Origin: Camelus ferus
Taxonomy: Eukaryota
Length of the DNA stretch: 64,000 nt
Direction of reading: 5' to 3'
Assembly (NCBI RefSeq): GCF_009834535.1
Contig: NC_045696.1
Coordinates: 120,778,001 to 120,842,000 of the forward strand
The notes under the pieces are model-generated. The model saw only the letters and a list, made by a program, of their open reading frames with translations. It did no database searches and had not been told where the DNA came from. This document shows positions 53,232 through 64,000 of this stretch, piece after piece (position 1 is the first letter of the stretch; each line of letters starts with the position of its first letter). The position numbers were made by a program, and so were the translations under genes.

Positions 53232-55856
53232 GTAAGGCTGTTGCAGCACAGTCCCCTCGGGCCGAAAGGCAGGCCTTCTTCAGCTGCAGGTGGATTCATG
53301 CTTCACGTCCGGGCTGTCCAACTCTGTCCAGGTTTCATAGAGCACTGCTGTTTCTCAGGTGTTAGGTTTTAGTTGGCTAATTGGCCCACAAAATATGGAA
53401 AGTTGGCAGGGTAGCAAAATATGAAATTTCTGGTTCTTGCAGACCTGCAGTGATCTGTGAGCAGGTGATAGACATTTTGTTTTAGACAAATTTATCTTGT
53501 GAGAAGGGAAATGGATGGAGGTAAAGTGATATTACTCCTGCCTTGTTTCATCACTTTGTCTTATTTAATAGATCTGACATACTTTCCTAAATGTCAAAAA
53601 CTTAAGCCTCTGATTCGTTCTTTAAACAGAGGTGATTACTTACTTACTTGTTCCTCATCTGCTGAGTCCTTCCCTTGCTGATCACCAGAGAGCAGGGAAG
53701 TGCCCACGCTCGCTTGTGAGATGCTGCCACCCGGCCAGCGATGGGAGGTCTGGTGCGCACACACTGGCCCCTCCTCAGGGTGACACGGGGAGGATGGAGG
53801 GGGCAGGGTCGGGGCTGGACGTGGTTTTCACCTTCTGGTCGTCCTCTGGCTTTGGGATGTGTACATACATGTGTGTAGTGTCTCTCAAGGAAATTGGAAG
53901 AGTTGGCTTCCTTAACTTTATATAATAATTATTTACAAAATGGTAGTCAAGTGCCACAGTTCGTGGTGGGGAGAAATAAGTTAATGTGAAAAAAATTCTT
54001 CCTAACTCATGGCTCACCTAGGGAGGGCTCCTTGTGGGTGTAGAACATCCGGGCAGATGTGCAGGGCCTCTGCTCTTGCGAGGTTCAGAAAGGTATTTTT
54101 AAAGTGACTTCATTTGAAGGCAGTCATGGTTTTGTTATTCTTAGTAGCTCACAGCAAGAGGGTTTCAAAGTTGGCTTGGATTCAGAGACCCTAAAGAAGC
54201 CTTAAAAGTCTTGTGTGTGCTTCCTGTTTTCCTTAATTTTTATAACAGAGGTTTCACTCTTTTTTTGCCTAAGTGTTTTGTGTAGTGTGGTTTGGTGGTG
54301 TGACACTGAAATAGAGCAGAATTGGTGGAGGAGAGAATCTTTGTTTCCTGGGGCTTTGGGGACCTTCTGGTGGCTGTCCCTGCACCACATCTTTCCTCCT
54401 CTGCTTCTGCTCCATTTTCCTCCTCCCCCGAAATTACCAAAAATGAAGAATAGAGAATAAAGATTTTAAATGTGACTTGATGTAAACTTTGTACCTTATA
54501 AAACTTGTTTCTTCAAATACATGTGGTCCTTAATTTTAAAACTAGCGTATGTTTTGTTTTTATGTTTTAAATATAAAGGAGAGAGTTGCGGACCTTCCAC
54601 ACAAAAAGGTCTGTCATCCCAAACAGGATCAGTAGATCGTCATCAGTGCCAACTGAAGCAGATGAGTAAATATAAGACACTAACCTCTAGGCCCTAGCAT
54701 CCCTCCGCTGGGAGTGCGAGAGCAGACCCCCTTGCTTAGGTTTGCTGGTGCACAGATTGGTGCTCAGTGCCCCCTTCTGTTACCACCTGCCTGTGTTGTA
54801 ACAGGGACTGTCAAGTGGCTTTTTCCCCCCAGAGTTGGAAGCCACTGGGCCTCACAGTTAGATAAATCATGAGGTGTGTGACTCGTACGTTGGGAAAGCA
54901 GAAGTTGCCTCTAACCTTGGTTTTCCAAATACATCTCATCCTCCGTACCTTCTGCTTAAGAACGGCAGCCTCCTGTGATCTCTCTGGGACTTCAGTTTCT
55001 CCACGAGATACATATGTTTAGTTTGTGTGCTTTTTTGTGTGTGTTCTTTGGTAAGTTGTTCAGTCTTACAGTATCACACATGGAGACACATCCCTTTGGC
55101 TTATAAGGTAGCTTCCAGAGTTTCCAGAATTCTGAGAATACGCTAAATGATATTTAGAAATGAACAGTACTTTGTGGTGTATCTTAAGTTCCCAAGGATG
55201 ACAGGAAACTAGCTGTAAATAATGGTATGGTGATGTTATTTATATAGTTTTAAGAGAACCAAAGTTACAAGTAAGAAATATCTGTTAATGTTATGGAAAT
55301 AGTGAAAGAATCCAAACTATTGTTGGTGTTAGTGGTTTTATAATCACATTACAGATGAACTTTACCTCCCAGGGTTTGTCATGTATGAAGTTGTTACATG
55401 CTGTGTGTAATGAATTAACATAGGCTTTTCTTCAAGCGGTTGAATTGTTCTGGAGGGCTATCGGTGAAAGGTGAAGATGCATTAGTAGAAGCTGCCTTCA
55501 AAAGTGTCTGTTTAAAGTTGACTTTAAAGCTTAACAAACCTGTAGTTTTCCAAATGATTAATTGTATTTTCTTAATAGCCAGTGGTTTATGCTGGAGGGA
55601 ACTGCATGTTACTCTGCCAAAACATTCCTCGTTTGTTCCTCATATGCATTCTCTGCTTAACAGTTCTTAAGTCTTACTCCTTTTAGTTTTTAGTAAGTTA
55701 AAACAACAACCCATATTGAGAACCATTAAACTATAATACCTTAGCATGTAATAATTTTTATTTTAAAGTTTCTATGATTACTACAATGACATTGTAGTCT
55801 TAAGTGATTTATCTGAGAAGTGTTACCATCTCCAGCTTATGCAAAGTAAGTTCTAA

Positions 55857-56117
<261 letters not shown>

Positions 56118-57072
56118 TAAATTACTGCAGGGCATAGTTTCACTAGCCATTAGACATGGGGTGTGTTTACATAATATTGAGATTCTACAGTTAAAATCGA
56201 CACTTTTGTTTGCTCATTCTCTATATAAAATTGTGGGCAAAATTTTATTGTAGTTTACAGAGTAATACTATTAGTTGAAAAAGATAACAAAATCATTATG
56301 ATATCATGTATTCACAAAAGGATAGATAGTTATCTTTTACCTCATAATCCACTATATTGACAGATAAAAGCACTAGATCATGAGTGTGAAAGGAAACATG
56401 AAAAACAGTTTTTCCTTTCAACTTGAGTATAATTTTTTAAAGTAGACTTGTAACTGATTTGAAAAAAAATAGCTTGAATCTGTGTTTCTGTTGTCTAATA
56501 ATATATATGTCTATGTTGTTTGAATGCTGTTTAAGATTACCTTTACATGTATAAGGGAAAAAAATGGACATGGAATTTAATTTCCAAAAACCTGTAAACT
56601 GTAATTCATACTGATAAATTTAAACAGTTTGCTAAAGTTCATACATTGTGACTTTATTACTAAGGAAGGAGACTGAGGCATTTCACGCTTTGTGTTAGCT
56701 AAAAGGGATATGTCACTGGAAGCAACTTTGTTGGGAAGCTCATAGCTAGAAACACTTTCCAGCATTTATTTTCAGTTATGTACAACTGTGTGATACCACA
56801 GATCAGCTGCTATCTTGTCAGGCTTCGTATACTTTAGGTAAAATCCACTCTGCTCCTTGTTAAAATTGAACTCCTGAGCAGAACCCACTTGACCTTGTTT
56901 CGGATCTGAGGTGTGGTGGGTTAAATTGTGAAAACTCTTTATTCTTAAATTTAAACAAAAATAAACAGAAAACCCCAGGCTTCTTACTAATTCAGTTAGG
57001 TTTGTCTCACCATAGTCTGTCTTGTGATCCCTTGATAATAAGACATTTTCTACTTAGAAAGCAGGTTGATAG

Positions 57073-57276
<204 letters not shown>

Positions 57277-57614
57277 TAGACCGAAAGGTCTTGTTCCACG
57301 TGCTGCCATGTCTGCTGTGGTCCTGATGAAGCTGTTTATTTGGAAACAGTTGGGATGTGACCTCAGACTTGTTGGTCCAAATCACGAGATGAAATCTTAC
57401 AGTTGAAATCAGTCTTATCATTGAGAAGTATTTATGATGTGATCGTTATGAAGGTCAGTGCAGACTTACTACCTCTAGCAAGAGCCAGGCTTCCTCAAGG
57501 AAGGCAGTGTGGATGAGTGGTGGTGTCTTGTATTTATACAGCACATGTTGAGAGAGACCATTACTTTATACCTTTGTGTTCTGTTTTAATTGTAGCATGC
57601 CTGTACAATGCTTT

Positions 57615-58790
57615 TAAAAAAAAAATCTAGGTATCATTTACATACAGTAAAACTCTACCTTGCTAATATCAGTTCTGAGTGTTGACGGATGCACATGGTC
57701 TTGTAACCACCACAGTCAGGACACAGGAGAGTTTCCTCCAGCCCCAGACCCTTGTGCCTTTTGTGGCCATCTCCTCCTTCTGCTTCTTGTATGTGGCAAC
57801 CACCTTCTGCCCCTATAGATTTGCCTGTCTGGGATGCTCTAAAAACGGAATCACGTAGGATGAGGCCTTTGAGCCTGCTTCTTTGACTTAGCATAGTACA
57901 TCTGAGGTTTATCCATGCTGGTTGTTGCATTGGTAGTTTGTGCTTTTTTTACTGCTGAGTAGTATTCCACTGTATTCACTGTTACCTATTCACCAGCTTA
58001 AAGGCATTTGGATTAGTTTCAGCTTTTGCTGATTATGAATAAAAATACTGTAAACATTTGTGTATAGGTTTTGTAGGAAAATAAATTTTCATTTCTCTTG
58101 GATAAATACCTAAGAATAATTGCTGAGTCATATGATTAATGTATATTTAACTTTGTATTATTTTGTGTTCCCACCCGCAGTGTTTGAAAGTTCTGACTGG
58201 TCTACATCCTCACTAGAACACAGGGTTGTCGTCACCACCCCCCCCCCAAATTCTAATAGGTGTATCATGGTATCTTTTGTGTATCTTTTTATGTGCTTAC
58301 TTGCCATTTATGTATTTTTCTTTAGTGTCTACCCTATTAAAAAAAGTTTTCTTTTTGAATTTTGAAAATTGTTTTTATATTATGGATTAAAGTCCTTTAT
58401 CAGATATTTGATTGGAAAATTTTTTTTCCCAGTCTGTGGTTTATTTTTTTTTTTATTCTGTTAACATTGTCTTTCAAAGAGCAGAAGTTTTCAAATTTTG
58501 ATGAAGTCTAGTTTATCATTTTTTTCTTTTATGGATCATGCTTCTGATGTCTTATCTAAGGACTCTGTCTAACCCAAGGTCACAAAGATTTTTTTCCTAT
58601 GTTTCCTTCTATAAGTCTCATAGTTTTAGGTTTTACACTAACATCTGTGATCCATTCTGAATTAATTTTTGTCTGTGGGTGAGAGATGAGTTAAGGTTCA
58701 TTTTTATGTATGGAAATTCAGTCCTTCCAGTCCCATTTGTTAAAAAGACTGTCCTTTTTCATTGAAATGCCTTTTTACCTTTGGTTATAA
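57615..58790 (-). mobile_element. L1MB-like 3'UTR and ORF2 end, antisense
   Basis: catttacatacagtaaaact...tgctgagtagtattccactgta...ttttgatgaagtctagtttatc...ccatttgttaaaaagactgtcc. Confidence 0.88.
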
Positions 58791-59669
58791 TACTTCCTTA
58801 ACAAATTATTTGTAGGAAAAAAGAAAACTATCTCCTTTCCCACAACACAGTAACTTCTTTGAACCAAGGTCTTTGGTATGAGATTATTTTTATTATTCTT
58901 TGGATCCTTTGTGGGGGTTTAACAAAGCCTGATCTGTGGTACACAAATCCCATAGCGAGAGCTGCATAAGAGGTGGGCAGCATTCACATCCACCTTGTGG
59001 ACACTTCAGGTTTCCTGTCCCCACTGTCACTTGACCTGTTTATGCACAAATATTTGTATGTCCTTTAAAAATAAGTGCTAATTGACATTTATTTTATTTG
59101 CCATTTTCCAGCTTCATTGACAAGTAGTAAAATGTGTTACCCTCTTACTTCACTTATTTTGCACTCACAACTACAAGTTACATATTTAGAATACTGAATT
59201 TTCTGAAGTTATTTTCATGTCTTCAAAGCTTGTCTTTATATGCTTTTTTTGATTAGAAAATTTATTCATTAGTAATGTATGTTTATTGTAGAAAAATTGG
59301 AAAACCAAGGAACGTTAAGTTCAAGTTACATGTATTATAATCAGTCCACATACTCAGAGGTTATGCACCCACAGAGCAGCCAAGATAATAAAATAAACCA
59401 TGTCTTTCTAAAAATGTGTTTAACAAAACCTGATTGGCACTTTATAGTGTTATGAGCCTGAACATTCATTTAACAAAGCTTCAGCTTTCCTGAAATCATT
59501 AGTTGTTATTATAAAATGTATTTTTAATGGCTGCACAGTGATTTGCTCAGGTATACCGAGTGTGTATAAACATAAACACACGGTAAAATATATGGTTGTA
59601 TAACCATTTTCGTGTTGAAATTTGATCTTCCGTTTATTTTTTGTTACTGTAAATAATACTTTGATGATG

Positions 59670-59890
59670 ATAATAGTAGCTGCCACTTACCATGTGCTAG
59701 GCAATGTGTGTGTTACATACACTATCTGTTTACTTCTGACAGCCACCTTATAGAAGATAGGCAGCCCCATTTCTACAGATGAGGAAATAGGGGCCCAGAG
59801 AACTTGGGAAACTTGAATGCAGTCTCAGCTCGTGAGTGGTGGCATTGGCTTTGAGACTGGAACTCAGGTCCTTGTGAACCCAGAGTTCCT
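59670..59890 (-). mobile_element. MIR SINE
   Basis: ataatagtagctgccacttaccatgtgctaggca...ccccatttctacagatgaggaaatagggg. Confidence 0.75.
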
Positions 59891-61320
59891 CTTCTTGCTT
59901 AATGATTGATTGCACATTATTGTGCATAAGACCTTGTGTCCATCTCTCCTTGTTTCTACATGTGCGGTGTTGTGGATCAGCACATTTGTGAAGCTCCTGA
60001 CACATACTGATGATCTGTCCTCTGGAAAGGTTTTAGTTTACATTTCCACAGACTGCTCTTCGTAGTCTCCAGACCTCCTGCCTCGCCTGAGGTTAGATTT
60101 TAGGTGTAATTACTAGTAGAAATGTGCTATTTTGCTCTTCCATGTCTTTCTCTTTCTCGAGCTCCAATCACTCATAAGAGCTGTTTTCAGAGCATCTGGA
60201 AACAGTGTGGGTGTCTGCTTTGTTTTAGATTTATTTAGTGGGAGAAGTGTTTCTAAATTTGAACAGGACTCTGTGTGTGTGTGTGTGTCCCCTATCCTGA
60301 TAGTTTCTTCCTGATATTTATTTCTCAAAGAATAAATCCTGTATTAAGTTTCCTGGGGGTATTGAGACAGAATGTATGTTAGTAAATATATGTGAAATCT
60401 ACAGTTAATTAAACATTTTCCCATTAGACCTTTGTTCATCCTCCTCTTCCATCTTTTCCCTGAGATGCTAACAGGTAGTGACATTGGACAGATTTGAAAT
60501 TTCATTTTATCTGCTTTCTTCAGTTGACTTTTTGTCTGATAAAAATGCTAATTAACTCTGAAAACCAACCTAAAGGCAGTTAGAGAAGGAATAAGCAAGG
60601 TACAAACTGCATCGTTAGCCTGGGCACATTGTATCATTGGCCATTTCCAAGTATGAGTTTTTGTGCATTAATTATGGCAGATGCTCTGGTGCTCTTCCCA
60701 AGAGAAAAGCTCACTGAACTGCTTAAAAGAGGAATTCCATAAATACTGGGGCCTTCTACCAGGTTTATCATGTTTCTGAATACTCAAATCTTTTCTACAA
60801 ATACAAACAGATTATTTTAATTCTGTGAACTGATCTGGACTCCCCATGCCCCCCCACCCCCCGCCCCTGACTCCCTACTTTTTTCCCATTTCATCTTATG
60901 TTCATGGAACTCTTTTAGTCTTGGTCTTAAGTTTTTACTTCAGATCTCTTTGAGTAGCTTTTCTTTTATTAGCTTTAGAAACAAAGCAAAACTTTTCTTG
61001 TAATTTGCCAGCTCACTGAAGTTTCCCCTCATGTACTAAAATCATATCAATTCCATTCCTCATTAAGACATTTTTCACTTTCTCTTTCCATAATTCAATC
61101 ACATGTTCCAAATCTTTTAACATTGCTCTGTCCTTTTGACCGAGAGCCAATTAAAAAGCAGTATGGACTGAATTTTGCTTAATCGTTTATAAAGTCCATT
61201 TGGGAATTCTCTAGTGTTTTGTTTATGATTTCTTCCAGTATGTTCTACATTTCCTGTTGGTAAAAATGAACATCCTCTTTTATTGTTTGTTTTTTATAGC
61301 ATGCCTCTATTTGTATTTCT

Positions 61321-63475
61321 TTTTTTTTTCCCCCTTAGGTGAGAATTTTTATTTTTTAATTGAAGTATAGTTGATTTACTCTCTGTGCTTCCTGGACTTG
61401 GGTGACTGTTTCCTTTCCCGAGTTGGGGAAGTTTTCAGTGATTATCTTCTCCCAAAATTTTCTCAGGTCCTTTCTCTCTCTCTTCTCTTTCTGGGACCTC
61501 TATAATGTGAGTATTAGTGCACTTCATGTTGTCCTAGAGTTCTCTTAAACTATCCTCATTTCTTTTCATCCTTTTTTCTTTTTTCTTTTCTAAAGTAGTA
61601 ATTTCCACTCATCTGTCTTCTAGCTCACTCATCCGTTTTTCTGCCTCATTCAGCTTATTGTTGGTTCCTTCTGGTGTGTTACTCATTTCAGTGATTTTAT
61701 TCTTCAACTCTATTTGGGTATTCTGTATATTTTCCAGCTCTTTGCTAGAAACTTCACTCAGTGCATCTGTACTCCTCTTGAGTTCTCTGAACATCGTCAC
61801 CATCATTACTTTTAAACTTGTTCTCAGATAAATTGGCCTGTCTCCTCATCACTTATTTCTTATTCTGGGATTTTATCTTGTGCCTTGGCCTGGGAGATAC
61901 TCCTTTGCTGCCTCATTTCGTCTGTCTGTGTGTTTGTGGATTCCTTCCACGGGCTTTGGGATTATTATTTTCTTATTTCTGGTATCTGCCCCTAGTGAAT
62001 GATCCTGGACCAGAGGCTTATGCAGGTTTCCTGGCAGGAGCTGGTGCCTGCCCACTCCTGGGTGAAGCTTGGTCCTGGATCTCTGTGGGTAGGACTGTGT
62101 CTAGAGGCCTTTGTGGCTTAGGAAGTTTGCTGATGGGTGGGTCTGTGTTCCCACCCTGTCTGTTATTTGGCGTGAGGCTTCCCTATAGGCTGTTAGGTGG
62201 GGCTGGGTCTTAGTGCTAATGATCCAATCAAGATGTCAGCCTCCAGGAAAGCTCATGTAGATAAACACTGCTGGAAACATTCCACCACTAGCTTTTATGT
62301 TCCCTGAGTAAGCCGCAGCTGTCCCCCACTTCCCCAGGAGACCCTCCAAATCGAGCAGGCAGGTCTGGCCCAGGTTCCTGTGAAATCACTGCCTCTTCCT
62401 TTGAACCTGGTGCATGTGAGTTTCCGTGTACACTTCCCAAGCGAATGGAGTCTCCATTTCCCCCAGTCTCGTGAGGCTCCCAGAGCCAAGCCCCTGGCCT
62501 TCAAAACCAGATGTCCTGGGGTCTCCTTCTCTTCCAATGCTGGAACCTGAGCTGGGGAGACTGACATGGGGCTTAGAGCTCTCACTCCTGTGGGAGGGCC
62601 TCTGCAGCTTAACAAATCTTAAGCTTGTGGGTCACCCACCCGGGGAGTATATGTATTCCTTTTCATATTCTTTTCCATTATAGGTATATTAAAAGATAAT
62701 ATAGTTCTTTGTGCTATACAGTAGGACTTTGTTGTTTATCTGTTTTATATATAGCAGTGTGTTAATCCCAAGCCCCTAATTTATCCCTCCCCCAATTTCC
62801 CCTTTGGTAACCATAGTTAGTTTTCTATGTCTGTGAGTCTGTTTCTGTTCTGTATATAGATTCATTTGTTTTATTTTTTGATTCCACATATAAGTGATAT
62901 CATATATTTGTCTTTCTTTGTCTGGTTCATTTCACTTACTATGATAGTCTCCAGGTCCATCCCTGTTGCTGCAAATGGCATTATTTCATTCTTTTTAATG
63001 GCTGAGTAGTATTCCATTGTATAAATATACCACATCTTCTTTATCCAGTCATCTGTCCATGGACATTTAGGTTGTTTCCATGTCTGGCCATTGTAAATAG
63101 TGTTGCTGTGAACACTAGGGTGCGTGTATCTTTTTGAATTAGAGTTTTCTCCGGATGTATGCCCACGAGTGGGATTGCTGGATCATATATTAAGTCTATT
63201 TTTAGTCTTTTGCCGAATCTCCATACTGTTTTCCATAGTGGCTGCACCAGACTAACTCCCTCCAACAGTGTTGGAGGATTCTGTTTTCTCCACACCCTCT
63301 CCAGCATTTATTATTTGTAGCCTTTGTTATGATGGCCATTCTGATTGATGTGAGGTAATACCTCATTATTAGTTTTGATTTGCATTTCTCTTGATAATTA
63401 ACGAAGTTGAGCGTCATTTCCTGTGTCTATTGGCCATCTGGATGTCTTCTTTGGAGAAATGTCTGTTTAGGTTCC
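61321..63475 (-). mobile_element. Rearranged young L1, antisense: ORF2 end and 3'UTR (63475-62647), 5'UTR and ORF1 start (62645-61380), 3' tail (61379-61321)
   Basis: Track ORFs 63041..63417(-) are the ORF2 C-terminus and 61609..61806(-) is the ORF1 coiled coil; TSD ATTTGTATTTCT at 61309-61320 and 63476-63487. Confidence 0.9.
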
Positions 63476-64000
63476 ATTTGTATTTCTACCAAACCTATTG
63501 ACCAAGTCCCTGTAATGAATCCGTTTGTGTGCTGTTTAATTTTTGGTATGTTGTAAATAGTTTTCAGTCACCTATTTTTTTCTTTAATGCATGAGGTATC
63601 TTTTTATCTATCCTGGAAGATTTGGGGGCCTTGGCAGGTTATTTTGATGCCAGGGATTTTTTTTTCCATTAGCCTCTCCTTTAGTACTTACCTACTTTCT
63701 TCTCTTCAGAACTTTCTTTCTGTTAATGTTGATCAAGAGTCATGGGTGCTGACCACAAATATGACACTGAAGAGAAGGTGCCATGAGAAGAGAAAAGTGC
63801 ACAGCCTTTCCCCCTTTCCCTTCTGTAATATTCCCTGAATGCCCTCTTTGCTGACAGAGTTCTGCTTCTTTCCTGTTGTCCTTCTCCACCCTGCTGTCCT
63901 CAGCCTGCCCTCTCCGTCCTGCTCCCACTGCAGTGACTGTACTGTGTGCTTATCTTTCATCGGCACATGCCCCCTTTTAGGTAGAGAAACAGACATGAAG

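Overview
Mammalian genomic DNA, probably camelid (Vicugna/Lama/Camelus), judged from a Vic-1-like tRNA-derived SINE and the L1 3' ends. The window lies entirely inside ATP2C1 (SPCA1, Golgi secretory-pathway Ca2+/Mn2+ P2A ATPase) on the + strand. I traced 18 consecutive GT-AG coding exons from 5761 to 57258. They splice in frame to 1833 nt (611 aa, VARFQKIP...LSQMVPK, about residues 3-613 of the human protein as recalled) with TGE, PEGL, DKTGT, KGA, DPPR and TGD motifs intact. The first coding exon and the C-terminal exons lie outside the window. The introns are packed with transposon fossils: L1s of several ages, L2, MIR, MLT1, hAT-Charlie elements and a piggyBac (Looper-like) transposase remnant. 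Almost all ORFs in the supplied track are spurious or repeat-derived. I found no new multi-gene system. The most interesting signals are: (1) a TSD-flanked scrambled L1 (ORF2/3'UTR - 5'UTR/ORF1 - tail) with a short 3' transduction, whose tail forms a recursive-splice-like AG|GTGAG site in the ATP2C1 intron; (2) strong competing 5' splice sites around the first two exons; (3) a ~5 kb sense L1 nested in an older L1 and carrying a ~70 bp micro-inversion. Repeat family names come from recalled consensus sequences, and repeat boundaries are approximate.
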